A stretch of DNA of 64,000 nt from an uncultured Candidatus Rokubacteria bacterium (lineage in GTDB: Bacteria; Methylomirabilota; Methylomirabilia; Rokubacteriales; CSP1-6): positions 928,001 to 992,000 of the forward strand of contig CAWBMV010000034.1 in NCBI GenBank assembly GCA_963789955.1. The letters are read 5' to 3'. Shown here piece by piece: positions 29,150-40,623 of this stretch. Every line of letters starts with the position of its first letter. Position 1 is the first letter of the stretch. Under the pieces are notes generated by a model that did no database searches, had not been told where the DNA came from, and saw nothing but the letters and a program-made list of their open reading frames with translations. The position numbers and the translations under genes are program-made.

Positions 29150-29719
29150 ATGAGCCAGTCTAGGCACGACACCGGTTTCGTGCACCAACTCAAGATCACG
29201 TTGCTGGGCGTCGAGCCCGCTGTCTGGCGTCGCCTCCAGGTTACCAGCAGCCTGACGCTCGAGCGGCTCCATACCGTCGTTCAAAAGGCCATGGGTTGGC
29301 AGAACGCCCATCTCTACGAGTTTGAGGTACGAAGCCACCGTTACGGCGTGCCGGCACCTGAAGAGCCAGAGTACGAGGTCGAGCCCGTTTGGAAGATCAC
29401 GCTGCGCGAGGCCGCCCCCGCTGAAGGCGCGTCATTCCGCTACATGTACGACCTCGGCGATGGCTGGACTCACGAGATTCTCGCGGAGCGAATTGAGAGT
29501 CCCGACAAACCTCTCCGACATTCCGTCTGCGTCGCAGGCGAACGACATTGCCCGCCCGAGGACTGCGGCGGTCCCGGCGGATACGACGCGCTACTGGCAG
29601 CGATCCGCGATCCCGACCATCCGGAGCATGACAACATGGTTCGGTGGGTCGGCCGTGGCTTCGATCCTGAGGCCTTCAACCTCGCTGGCGTGAACCGAAA
29701 GCTGAAGCTACTCAAGTGA
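29150..29719 (+). CDS. Plasmid pRiA4b ORF-3 family protein
   Basis: VWRRLQV, MGWQNAHLYEF, YDLGDGW, CPPEDCGG. Confidence 0.9.
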   Translation: MSQSRHDTGFVHQLKITLLGVEPAVWRRLQVTSSLTLERLHTVVQKAMGWQNAHLYEFEVRSHRYGVPAPEEPEYEVEPVWKITLREAAPAEGASFRYMYDLGDGWTHEILAERIESPDKPLRHSVCVAGERHCPPEDCGGPGGYDALLAAIRDPDHPEHDNMVRWVGRGFDPEAFNLAGVNRKLKLLK

Positions 29720-30844
29720 ACGCCACGCCCGTGGTTCGCCGATTGCGGCTCGGCGATTGCCTCCAAGAGGTGAACAAAGGAGTCGGGCCGACCTGGCAAC
29801 AGTATCGATTGGTGGGTGCAACGAGAGGGGGATTGGCGTCGGCCAAGGAGGGCGTGGGCAAGACCCCAGAGCGATACAAGCTGGTCGAGCCCGGGACGAT
29901 CTTCTACAACCCGATGCGCATCCTTTTGGGGTCGATCGCGCTTCTTGACGAGGGTCAAGAACCTGGAATTACTAGTCCTGACTACGTCGTGTTCAGGACA
30001 CGACCAGGGCTCATCCATCCACGGTGGCTCTACTACTGGCTTCGATCAGAGGATGGCGCAACGTTCATCCGCGGCCTCGCCAGAGGCGCCGTGCGGGAAA
30101 GGATGTTGTTTCAACGCCTCGCAACGTCGGAGATCGAAGCGCCATCGTACGAGTCCCAGCTCAGGTTCTCTCGAGCGATAGAACTTCTCGAGCAGGCGCG
30201 CGTGGCCGCCGAGACCCGGGTCGCTACAGCTAAGATCCTGGCCGGCGCTTACCTTCGGGCGGTTTTCGAGTGCGATGCTTCGCGCCGATAGGCAACCCGA
30301 CCGCTCAATGAAATCTCAGAGATCGTCGGAGGTATTCAGAAATCGCCTGATCGCGCGCCAGTGCGATTTCATCGACCATACCTTACGGTGCGCAATGTTC
30401 AGCGAGGCTTTCTGGATCTGTCGCACATTGAGCGATTTGAAGTCACGGCAGATGAACTCGCCCGACTGCAACTTCTTCCCAGAGACATTCTGATTGTTGA
30501 AGGCAACGGCAGCCTGGCTCACATCGGCCGGAACGCTCTGTTTGAAGAAGCCGGCCCTTGCCCGTCCTGAGTTTGTGAGCCGCTTCCTGAACAGCAGTTC
30601 GGGGCGGCGGCAAATGGAGGAAAAGGCGAAGACGACCAGTGGCCTATATACCCTCAGCACTGGCAAGGTGGGAGCTTTGGAGGTGCCGGTACCGCCGCTG
30701 CGAGATCAAGATGGTATCGTATCCGGCCTTGCGGAGCAGACTAGGCGGTCCTCAGAAGTGAGGTTGGCGGCAGAGCAAGAAATGGAGACCATCTGCTCGC
30801 TTGCCAGTTCGCTGTTGCGTCTGTCGTTTAGTGCAGAGCGCTGA
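29716..30844 (+). pseudogene. hsdS: Type I R-M specificity subunit, disrupted
   Basis: Two TRD-like halves; in-frame TAG at 30289-30291, then a frame change/deletion near 30555. Confidence 0.75.
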
Positions 30845-30949
30845 ACAGCACGTGCAGAGAGCGCCAACGTGTCATTATCGAAATGTGGTCTTGCCGAAAA
30901 TGACAATTTTCCTTGTTAGCGCGAGCGCAAATGAGCTCCCTACCTCAGC

Positions 30950-31244
30950 GCCTTCTTCGAGGCGGGCGCTCATCGCACGATGGAAGACCGAGTTGGCTGG
31001 CACGTCCCAGTCGGTGGTAAGGCTCGTGGACGTGGTGGCCGAGAATCCGTACTGCACTGTCCGCCGAGTCGAAAAGCGGCTAAAGGTCGCGTTCACGACC
31101 GCCCAGCGGGCAATGGAAAAGCTGCAGGACGGGGGCATCCTCAAGCAGGTCAACAAAGCCAGACGTGACCGCGTCTACTGCGCTGTGCCCTTGCCGAAGA
31201 TCCTGGAAGAGCCCGCTCGCCTCGTGCCGGTGGACACCGCGTGA
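30950..31244 (+). pseudogene. C-terminal HTH remnant of a Fic-family protein
   Basis: ENPYCTVRRVEKRLKVAFTTAQRAMEKLQDGGIL...RDRVYCA; no Fic HPFxxGNGR core upstream. Confidence 0.6.
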
Positions 31245-32773
31245 TAGCTCGCCCGCGAGTCGGCGCCAACGGCAAGCGCCTCGCCACGCCGCAGTCGGTC
31301 GATGCCGCGGTCAAGAGCATCTGTGACATCATGCGGCGCTCGAACTGCGCGGGCGCGCTCCAGTACGTGCCGGAGCTGACCTGGTTCCTCTTCCTCCGCA
31401 TCCTAGACGAGCGCGAGATACAGGAGGCCGAGCGGGCGCGCGCGGTGGGCTCCGAGTTCACGCCGTCGCTCGAATCACCGTACCGCTGGGAAGACTGGGC
31501 AGCGCCCGGCGGCCGCAAGCGGCGCGAGCTGCAGGACGGGACGCTCGGCGCGGTATTGAGCTTCGTGAACGCGGAGCTGTTGCCGTACCTCCGCGGCCTT
31601 CGCGAGAAACCGGGCGCCACGCCGCGGCAGAAGGTGATTAGCGAGATCATGTCGGGCGTCGAGCGGACCCGCATCGACACCGACCGGAACTTCCTCGACG
31701 TCCTCGACCGCGTACACACGATCAGCGCCGAAACCGTCGACTCCACCCATGTCTTCACGCTGTCCCAGGTGTACGAAGGGCTGCTGCTCAAGATGGGCGA
31801 GAAGGGCAACGACGGAGGGCAGTTCTTCACCCCGCGCGAGGTGATCCGCGTGGTGGTGCGGGCGATCGACCCGAAGACCGGCGAGACCGTCTACGATCCG
31901 GGCTGCGGCACCGGGGGCTTCCTCGCTCAGGCCTACGAGCACATGGCCGGGCCCGATCACTCGAAGATCACTTCGCCTGACCAGCTCGAGGCGCTGAAGC
32001 ACCGGACCTTCTACGGGCGGGAGAAGGACAACACGATCTATCCGATCGCGCTCGCCAACCTGGTGCTGCACGACATCGATGAGCCCCACGTCTGGCACGG
32101 CAACACGCTGACGGGCCAGGAGACGTATGGCGGGCTCTTCCAGGACGCGCCCGCGTTGTTCGACGTCATCCTGATGAATCCGCCGTTCGGCGGCAAGGAG
32201 GGAAAGGAAGCGCAGACCAGGTTCCCGTACAAAACCGGCGCGACTCAGGTGCTCTTCCTGCAGCACGTGATCGACACTCTCAAGCGCGGCGGGCGCTGCG
32301 GCATCGTGCTGGATGAGGGGGTGCTCTTTAGGACCAACGAGATCGCGTTCGTCCAGACGAAGCGGAAGCTCCTCGACGAATGCGATCTCTGGTGCATCCT
32401 GAGCTTACCCGCGGGCGCGTTCGTGAACGCCGGCGCCGGGGTGAAGACGAACCTGCTCTTCTTCACGAAAGGCCGGCCGACCGAGCACATCTGGTACTAC
32501 GACCTCTCCGGCGTGAAGGTGGGCAAGAAGTCGCCGCTGACACTCGAGAAGTTCGAGGAGTTCTTTCGCCTTCTCCCGACGCGGGGCGACGGCGAGCACT
32601 CCTGGACGGTCGAGCGGCAGGAAATCGACGCGCGAGGGTACGACCTCAAGGCCGTCAACCCGCACGCCAGGCGGGACGAGGACACCCGCACGCCCGGGGA
32701 ACTCCTCGATATCATCGAGGCCAAGGGCCGCGAAGTGGCGGATGCAGTCGCCGAGCTGAGGAGGCTTCTGTGA
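31241..32773 (+). CDS. hsdM: Type I R-M N6-adenine methyltransferase
   Basis: GQFFTPR, DPGCGTGGF, NPPF. Confidence 0.93.
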   Translation: MIARPRVGANGKRLATPQSVDAAVKSICDIMRRSNCAGALQYVPELTWFLFLRILDEREIQEAERARAVGSEFTPSLESPYRWEDWAAPGGRKRRELQDGTLGAVLSFVNAELLPYLRGLREKPGATPRQKVISEIMSGVERTRIDTDRNFLDVLDRVHTISAETVDSTHVFTLSQVYEGLLLKMGEKGNDGGQFFTPREVIRVVVRAIDPKTGETVYDPGCGTGGFLAQAYEHMAGPDHSKITSPDQLEALKHRTFYGREKDNTIYPIALANLVLHDIDEPHVWHGNTLTGQETYGGLFQDAPALFDVILMNPPFGGKEGKEAQTRFPYKTGATQVLFLQHVIDTLKRGGRCGIVLDEGVLFRTNEIAFVQTKRKLLDECDLWCILSLPAGAFVNAGAGVKTNLLFFTKGRPTEHIWYYDLSGVKVGKKSPLTLEKFEEFFRLLPTRGDGEHSWTVERQEIDARGYDLKAVNPHARRDEDTRTPGELLDIIEAKGREVADAVAELRRLL

Positions 32774-33573
32774 ATCGCCACGCTGGACCGCCGCGCGCCG
32801 AGCGATCTGCCGTCGAGCCCGGAGCCGACGTACGCCGAGCGCGCGCGGACCTTGGCCCATCTCGGCCGCACCGGCGCGCTGGCCACGCTCTCGCGCAAGT
32901 ATCCCGGTCATCCGTTCGCGTCGGTCATGCCGTACGCGCTCGACGAGCTCGGACAGCCGCTGGTTCTGATCAGCTCGATGGCCATGCATACGCAGAATCT
33001 CCAGGCGGATCCGCGCACGAGTCTGCTCGTCACGCAGCCGGTCACGAGCCCCGGCACGAAGGAGCCGGGCGATCCGCTCGCCGCGGCCCGACTCACGCTG
33101 ATCGGTGAGGCGCGCCAGCTGACCAGCCCCGACACGGGCAAGGCGCGCGAGGCCTATCTCGCTCGCCACCCGCGCGCCTCGTACTGGGTTGACTTCGACG
33201 ACTTCAGCTTCTGGCGGCTCGACGTGAAGGATCTGTACTTCGTCGGCGGCTTCGCCGCGATGGACTGGGTAACGGCCGACGACTACCGCGCGGCGCGGCC
33301 CGATCCGCTCGCCGACGCCGGCCCCGGCATCCTCGACCACATGAATCGTGACCATGCCGACGCGCTCGTCGCCTACGCGCGCCACTTCGCGGGCGAGGCG
33401 GCCGACGAGGCGACGATGATCGCGGTCGATCGACTGGGATTCAGGCTACGGCTGCGTAGTGGTGACCGGCTTACACGCCGTTCGCATCGCCTTCCCGCAC
33501 GAGGTTCGATCCGCCGCGAGACAGCCGCGCGGTGCTGATCGAGATGCTGACTCAGGCTCGCGCTGGACGCTAG
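32770..33573 (+). CDS. HugZ-like pyridoxamine 5'-phosphate oxidase family protein with DUF2470-like C-terminus, frameshifted
   Basis: GHPFAS, HTQNLQADPR, HMNRDH, VDRLG. Confidence 0.8.
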
Positions 33574-34876
33574 CTTCGGCTGTGCGAGCGGGTGCAAGAC
33601 GTCGATCGCGTAACCCACATTGAGTCGCTCGCCGAGCCAGCTCGGCATGGCGGTCCGCGCATGCAGCACGAGCCCGACAGCCTCGTGTCTGGTCCGCAGA
33701 ACGCTCTCCGGATCACCACGCACTTCCACGGCGGGCACCTCGGGCAGAGATGAGCCGTCCGGCCGGCGGAACCGTAGCTCACCGTCGGGCTGATGGTCGA
33801 TCTGATAGCCCTCTTCGTGAACCGCACGATGGTGGCGGCGACACAGTAGAGCCAGGTTCGAGAGTGTCGTTGGGCCGCCGTGCACCCAGTGACGGATGTG
33901 ATGACCCTGCCCGAACCGAACGCCGCAGCCCGGAAAGCGACAACCGCGGTCTCGATGACTGGAGCGCCCGCCGGAGGGCGGGCGGAATCGTGCGAGTTCG
34001 CGCGGCGACTTCTACCAGACGTCCATCGTGAGCGTGATGCATCACGACGCGGCTCGCGTCGCACGCGAGGCGCCGAGACGTTTCCGCGGAAACGCGTGCA
34101 CCGTCTTCGAGGATCGACTGGCCGGGCACATCCAGGTCTGCCAGCACCGGGGCATCGACGTGGACGACGACCTGATAGCGCTCGCCCGGGGCAGCCCGGA
34201 TCGATCCCGTTGACGCAGGGCCGTCTCAGCGAGCAGGGCCAGCGCGTCGGCCTGCTGCTGCGCCAGCGGCGGTGCTTCGCCAGACGCATCCAGCGGGGCG
34301 TCGAAGGTTTGGGCTCGGCCCTGTTGATATAGGGCGTCGCGGGCCGCGTTGAGCGCCTGGATGAGTACCGCGCCGACCTCCGGCGCCAGACGCCCGCGAA
34401 TCACGACCATGCCGTCTTCGTCCTGATACACGTGCAGAGCGCGGCGGACGTGCCGCCGAGCGTCCTCACTCGCCTCGGCCTTGCGGTCCATGCGCCTCCA
34501 GCCCCGCACGATGCGCTCGACGTGCTCAGCCGTGCCGGCGCGCCCGATCGCCAGCAATCGCTCCTCGTTCTCCGGCGTGGCGACGCGGGTCAGGGCGCGA
34601 ACTTTGGCGTACGAGAGTTCGCCATGGGCAAGCGCCTGGGCCAGCCGCGGTAAGGTCTCCAGCGCGTGCGCGACCCGGACGCGCTCGCGGGCCGCACCCG
34701 AGGTCGAGCCCTACGCGCCAGCTCAGCCAGGCGGCGCACGAGCGGAATCCGTTGTTCCAGCCCCCTCGCGAGTCGAACTCGCGGATGAGATCCAGTAGAT
34801 GCGCTGTCGCGGCGTCGAGGTGTGCCGACAGCTCGGCGATCTGATCGCCCAGATGATCGAGTGAGGCCGTTTCCAT
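33570..34876 (-). CDS. DUF222/HNH endonuclease-type protein with multiple frameshifts
   Basis: IAELSAHLDAA, RRLACDA, RTIPPALRRAL, HW.HGGPTTLSNLALLCRRHHRAVH. Confidence 0.8.
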
Positions 34877-35130
34877 GGCGAATCTCCTTTCTACCAGACG
34901 ACTCTACCCCCGAGTTCTTCGAGGCCCCTTGAGAGGCGCGACGATCGCCGATCGCCGACCGTTCGCGAAATTCATGCGACGACTGTCACATGAGGCCATC
35001 ACGGCGCTTCTGAGCGATGCTGGCGGGCCATTTCGCGATGCACCACGGACTCGTCGCGACCGCCACGCGGGAAGCTGTCAAGCCGTATCGATTTTTGGAC
35101 ACCACGCCCGGCGCGGACTTTCTCGCAGTC

Positions 35131-35159
35131 TTGACACCGGCCGCCCGGCCGAATACGGT
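35131..35159 (+). promoter_or_regulatory. Sigma70-type promoter
   Basis: TTGACA-N17-TACGGT upstream of the tcuA-like gene. Confidence 0.5.
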
Positions 35160-35215
35160 GAGCGACGCTGGCGCATCCGGCCGGCGAGTCAGGAGCCAGG
35201 AGGTAGGGTAATCAC

Positions 35216-36703
35216 GTGGCCTACGACGTCATCGTCATCGGCGGCGGCAATGCAGCGATGTGCTCGGCGCTCTCGGCGCGCGAGAACGGCGCGCGCGTCC
35301 TCGTGCTCGAGAAGGCGCCCGAAGCCTGGCGCGGCGGCAACGGCTTCTTCACGGCCGGCGGCTTCCGGTTCGCGTTCAAGAGCTTCGACGAGCTGAGCGA
35401 CCTGATCGGCGACCTCTCCGACGAGGAGAAGGCCTCGATGGAGGTCGACCCGTACACGGAAGAGCAGTTCTACGACGACCTCATGCGGGTCACCGAGGAA
35501 TGCTCGGATCCGGACATGGCGATGCAGCTCGTGCGCGAGTCGCTGCCGACCGTCCAATGGATGCGCGATCGTGGGGTGCGCTGGATCCCGATGTTCGGGC
35601 GGCAGGCCTACAAGGTCGGCGGAAAGTTCCGCTTCTGGGGCGGTCTGGTGCTGGAGGCGGTCGGCGGCGGCGCGGGATTGATCGACATGGAGTACCAGTC
35701 GGCGGCGAAGCACGGCATCGACGTGCGCTTCGAGTCGAAGGCCACGCGGCTCGTCACTGACGACCGCGGCGCGGTCACCGGCGTCATGGTCCGCACTCCG
35801 GCCGGCAGCGAGACCATCAACGCCGGCGCCGTCGTGCTCGCGTCGGGCGGGTTCGAGGCCAATTCGGAGATGCGCACGCGCTATCTCGGGCCCAACTGGG
35901 AGCTCGCGCGCGTGCGTGGCACGCCCTACAACACCGGCGACGGCATCAAGATGGCGCTCGAGATCGGCGCCTTGCCGTGGGGCCACTGGAGCGGCTGTCA
36001 CTCCGTCCAGTGGGACTTGAACGCGCCCTGGCACGGCGACCGGAAGGTCGGCGACAACTTCCAGAAGCACTCGTACCCGCTCGGGTTGATCGTCAACCTC
36101 AAGGGCGAGCGGTTCGTCGACGAGGGCGCCGACTTCCGCAACTACACCTACGTGAAGTACGGGCGCGCCGTCATCGGGCAACCGCGCCGCACCGCGTTCC
36201 AGATCTTCGATCAGAAGGTGCTGAGCAATCTGCGCGAGGAGTACCGGATCCGCGAGGTCACCAAGGCCGAGGACATGACCCTGGAAGGACTGGCGCGCAA
36301 GCTCGAGATCGATGTCGACGGATTCGTCGCGACGATTCGCGCCTACAACGCGTCACTCAAGCCCACCAACTACAATCCGGCCATCAAGGACGGCAAGACG
36401 ACGCACGGGATCACGCCGCCCAAGTCGAACTGGGCGCTGCCGCTCGACACGCCGCCGTACGTGGGCTACGCGGTGACGACGGGCATCACGTTCACGTTCG
36501 GCGGGCTCAAGATCACGAGCGAGGGACAGGTCATCGATTGCGAGCAGCGGCCGATTCCCGGACTCTTCGCCGCCGGCGAGCTCGTGGGCGGGCTCTTCTA
36601 CCACAACTACCCGGGTGGCGCGGGATTGATGGCGGGCGCCGTCTTCGGGCGGATCGCGGGTCGCTCGGCGGCCACCGCGAGCCGCAAGGGCGCCGCGCGG
36701 TAG
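35216..36703 (+). CDS. tcuA: FAD-dependent tricarballylate dehydrogenase TcuA family
   Basis: GGGNAAMC, RGGN, ASGGFEAN, RGTPYNTGDG, TFTFGG, YPGGAGL. Confidence 0.85.
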   Translation: MAYDVIVIGGGNAAMCSALSARENGARVLVLEKAPEAWRGGNGFFTAGGFRFAFKSFDELSDLIGDLSDEEKASMEVDPYTEEQFYDDLMRVTEECSDPDMAMQLVRESLPTVQWMRDRGVRWIPMFGRQAYKVGGKFRFWGGLVLEAVGGGAGLIDMEYQSAAKHGIDVRFESKATRLVTDDRGAVTGVMVRTPAGSETINAGAVVLASGGFEANSEMRTRYLGPNWELARVRGTPYNTGDGIKMALEIGALPWGHWSGCHSVQWDLNAPWHGDRKVGDNFQKHSYPLGLIVNLKGERFVDEGADFRNYTYVKYGRAVIGQPRRTAFQIFDQKVLSNLREEYRIREVTKAEDMTLEGLARKLEIDVDGFVATIRAYNASLKPTNYNPAIKDGKTTHGITPPKSNWALPLDTPPYVGYAVTTGITFTFGGLKITSEGQVIDCEQRPIPGLFAAGELVGGLFYHNYPGGAGLMAGAVFGRIAGRSAATASRKGAAR

Positions 36704-36704
36704 C

Positions 36705-37601
36705 TTAGCCGCCGTCCTTGGCGTAGGAGACGAAGAACGAGCCGAACTCGATCGGCTCGAAGCACGACGGCAGCTCGCCGTGCTTCCATGCGCCCGGCAC
36801 CTTCACCAGCCGGAAGTCCTTCCGGGGCCCGAACGTCTGCCGGAGCTCCTTCTCGGTGAAGACCCGGCAGTGGTCGGCGTATCCGTGGATCGGCGTGTAG
36901 TCCGGGATCGGGCCGATCGCGCGCAGCTCGTGCATCGGGACGACGAACGCGAAGCGCCCTCCGGGACGCAGCACCGTCTCGATCGACCGGATGGTCTCGG
37001 CGACGTCGCGTACGTGCTCGAGGACCGCGAACGAGTAGACGAGGTCGAACGAGCCGGCCGGGAAGTAGAGGTGCACCTCCTCGGCGAAGCCCTGCCGGAA
37101 CCCGACGTTCCCGAAGCGATTGAGCTGTCGCGCGATCTTCGCGTTGGTGGGCGAGACCTCGACGCCCTCGACCCGGAGGTTCGGATGCCGTGCGCCCAGC
37201 GCCATCGCCACGCCGCCCTCGCCGCTGCCGGCATCGAGCACGCGTCCGGGACGCACGCGCTCGACCTCGCGCTCCAGCTCCTGGAATTCGGGATCGCGCG
37301 CGCGCCGATCGATCAGCTTGCGCGTCTTGCGGCCGATCAGCATGCGGATCCGCTTCTCGAAGAGCTTCAGGCCCATCCGCCAGCGCAGCCGGCGATACTG
37401 CTCCTCCTGCGCGGCCACGTACGTCTCGCGCGAATCCAGGTGCGTGAGCCAGGAGCGAATGCGTGCCGCCAGCTCGGCGTACCGCGGATCGGCATGGCCC
37501 GCCTGCGCGGCCTCGACGATCTCGAGCGCGCCGTAGATGTTCTCGCGGTAGAGCTCGAAGCGCGCGGACTGGATGACGGCGTCGACGTCGTGCGGATTCA
37601 C
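36705..37601 (-). CDS. Class I SAM-dependent methyltransferase
   Basis: VLDAGSGEG, FDLVYS, VLEHV, LRPGG. Confidence 0.85.
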   Translation of the reverse strand: MNPHDVDAVIQSARFELYRENIYGALEIVEAAQAGHADPRYAELAARIRSWLTHLDSRETYVAAQEEQYRRLRWRMGLKLFEKRIRMLIGRKTRKLIDRRARDPEFQELEREVERVRPGRVLDAGSGEGGVAMALGARHPNLRVEGVEVSPTNAKIARQLNRFGNVGFRQGFAEEVHLYFPAGSFDLVYSFAVLEHVRDVAETIRSIETVLRPGGRFAFVVPMHELRAIGPIPDYTPIHGYADHCRVFTEKELRQTFGPRKDFRLVKVPGAWKHGELPSCFEPIEFGSFFVSYAKDGG

Positions 37602-37612
37602 GTCGAGCTATC

Positions 37613-39275
37613 CTAGCACTCGAACGGCGTATCCGGATGGCGCGCGCGCATGGCGGCGCGCACCGCGTCGAGGAACCACGGCGGCAGGAGCACGCGGTAG
37701 TGGGTGAGGAAGCGCTCGAACTGGCCGTCCAGGATGTAGGTGACACCGTGGTCCTCGGCGTGCCGGCACGACCGGCCATAGGCCTGCACGAGGGCCTTGG
37801 CCGTCTCGAGCGCGTACCAGCGGGGATCGCGCGCCTGGCGAGCGGCGGTCCACGGGTCGCCGAGGTCCGGGTACGGTAGCTTCGTCACGATCTGGAAGCG
37901 CAGGAAGTCGTCCGGCAGGTCCACCCCTTCCCGCAGCGACGGCGAGACCAGCACGGTCGGCATGGGCGAGGCGCGGTGCAGCTCGAGCGCGCGCGTCTTG
38001 GCCTCGGTCGACTCGACCCAGATGAGACGGCGCGACAGCATCGGCTCGGAGGCCGCCAGGTGAGCCACGAGTCGCCGGCCCGCCGCGTACGACGGCGCGT
38101 GGATCAACCCCTTTTCGCGCGGGTGCTCGGCCAGGATCGCGGCGACCTCCGCGAACAGGACCGGTTCGAGCCGGGCGAGCGTGGCCTTCGACAGCGCGCC
38201 GACCGGACGGTACTCGATCCGCCGCTGGTCGAGCGGGAACGGCGAATCGCTCGCGAATGACCGGAGGCGCGACTCGTCGAGCCCGAAGCACTCGGCGAGC
38301 GCCTGCCGGTGACCGAGAAACGCGGACGAGAGCACGATCAGATCCGCGGCCTCGCTCAGGAGCTCGCCGGCCATCGAGGCCACGCTGAGCGGCACCAGCT
38401 CGAGCGTGGCCAAGGGCTCGGCCGGATAGCGCACGATCCACTCCCGGTCCTCGGCGTCGACGAAGAAGCGGACGCGGGCGAGCGCGGTCTCCAGGCTCTC
38501 CCGCTCCGCCATCAGCTCCTGCTCGGCGCGCGAGGGCGGCATGCGCAGGAAGGTCTCGGGTGGCACATCGGCCGGCCGCATGATCTCGAGCGCGCGCGTC
38601 ACGGTCTCGAGCTGCCCTTCCATCCGCTCGAGATGGTCACGCATGAGGCGGCGGTAGTCCTCCGCCGTGTCCAGACGCGGCAGGGGCCCGCCGAACCACG
38701 CCTTGGCCTGCTCGGGCGGGAACGCGACCGTGAACACGCTGACGAGCTGGGCCTCGAGGTTGTGCGCCTCGTCGACGATCAAGCATCCGGCGCTTCCGCA
38801 ATTGCTCGGCGCGCCAGTGGCGGAGCGTCGCGAAATAGGCCGTGTTGGTGCAGAAGATCGGGCCGGCGAGCGCCGCCGCCTTCGCCCGCGCGTACGGGCA
38901 CTGGCAGACCGGCCCGCGCGGCCGCCGGCACATGCCCCGCGACGTCGGCACTCGCATGTCCGGGTAACGCTCGCAGAGGTAGTTGTCGCGTCCCTTGACC
39001 AGCTGCAGGTCGGCGCCGAACTCGCGCTCGTACTGATCCTGCAGCAGCTTCTGGGAGGTCAGGAGATAGGCGTCGCCGCTCCACCGTGCGAGCGCCATGG
39101 CCACGTGGCTCTTCCCGACGCCGGGGGGCGCCTCGACGAGAAACACGCGGGGCGCCGTCGGGTCCTCGAGGGCTTCGCCGATGGCATCGGCGAGCGTGGC
39201 CAGGAGACGGGTCTGCTCCGGTCGCGGCGTGAAGCCGGTTGGAAAGTGCTCGAGCAGGTCGACGCGATCCGTCAC
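37613..39275 (-). CDS. DinG/Rad3-like helicase, frameshift near 38780
   Basis: APPGVGKS, KGRDNYLC, Fe-S-type cysteines, VDEAH, EGVD, QAYGR. Confidence 0.85.
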
Positions 39276-39303
39276 GCGGGGTCCCCCGCGGTATTATCAC
39301 ACC

Positions 39304-39717
39304 GTGCCGGGCGACGGCTCTCGTGTGCTGTTCGAGTTCTCTGCCGGCGGCCTCGTTCTCGACGAAGAGGGCCGCGTGCTCCTGATCCGCGCCCGCGATC
39401 TGCGCGGCCAGCCGGTGTGGACCCTGCCGAAGGGCGCGCTGACGACCGGCGAGACGAGCGCGGACGCGGCGCTGCGCGAGGTGCGCGAGGAGACCGGCTA
39501 CCGGTGCGAGCTGGTGCGCGAGCTCGCGCCGGTCACCTACTGGTTTCGCCGGCAGGGCCGCCAGATCAAGAAGACCGTGCGCTGGTACCTCATGCGGCCG
39601 CTCGAGAAGGTGGGCGAGCACGACCACGAAGTCGACGAAGTGCTGTGGACCGACAAGAGCGACGCGCTGTCGCGCCTGCGGTATGACTCCGATCGCCGCC
39701 TGCTGGGCGGCGTCTAG
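39304..39717 (+). CDS. NUDIX hydrolase
   Basis: Nudix box PKG...E...AALREVREETG. Confidence 0.9.
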   Translation: MPGDGSRVLFEFSAGGLVLDEEGRVLLIRARDLRGQPVWTLPKGALTTGETSADAALREVREETGYRCELVRELAPVTYWFRRQGRQIKKTVRWYLMRPLEKVGEHDHEVDEVLWTDKSDALSRLRYDSDRRLLGGV

Positions 39718-39720
39718 CCG

Positions 39721-40543
39721 TTACGGCCCGGCCGGGGTCGGAAACAGCCGCTCGCCGTTCTTCCACGCGATCGCCTCGGCGACCTCCGGCGGAAGCTGCG
39801 CGAGCCACGTCTGGACGTCGCGGTGGTAGTCGCGCATCACCTCCCAGCGCGAGGTGACCCACGTGTCGGTGCCGACCATGAAGCGGTCGGGATACTTCAC
39901 GAACACGGCGCGCCACTCCGGGTCGAGCTTGCCGCCCGAGGCGACGTCGGTCCTGCAGCGCGAGCTCGACGTAGAGCCTGGGAAACCGCTCGAGCAGGCG
40001 GCCGACGGTCGACGCGGGCGCCGACATGCCGGCGTGCGCCCACAGGAATCGCGCCTTCGGATAGAGCGTCAGGAGCTTCTCGATCGTCGCGTCGTCGACG
40101 TGGGCCTGCAGGAACAGGTCGCGCTCGGCCGCGAGCTCGGCGACGCGCTTGACGGTCGGCCCGCCCGCGTCGGCCACGCTCAGGTGGAACTCGCCGATGC
40201 CGCGATAGACTCCGCGCTTGAGCCGCTCCTCGACGTACGCCTGCACGCCCGGATCGCTGTGCCACTTTCCCATGTCGTCGCGCGTGCGGTACGGACGCAG
40301 GAACGGCACCACCGTCTTCGGCGCCTTTTCGTAGAGCTTCAGCGTGCCGTCGTCGGGCGTGCTCGAGACGATCGCCCGGCGCACGCCGGCCGCGGTGAGA
40401 ATCGAGAGCGCTCGCTCGGGCGAGTAGACGTCCCAGTCCGGACGGCTGTAGTGGACGTGGGCGTCGAAGATCGGGAGCTCGGCGGCCGCGTGGGCCGCCG
40501 TGCCGAGGACGAGCAGGAACGTCGAGAGCAGAAGCCGTCGCAT
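39721..40543 (-). CDS. Exported amidohydrolase-family protein, frameshift near 39955
   Basis: Signal peptide, DAHVH, GIGE, WAHAG, GTD. Confidence 0.85.
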
Positions 40544-40623
40544 CGCCGGGATCCTAACACACGGGACCGATCGCTCTAACACACACGAGCCCGATCGCCA
40601 GCGTCGCCGGCTCAGCCGCTCAC

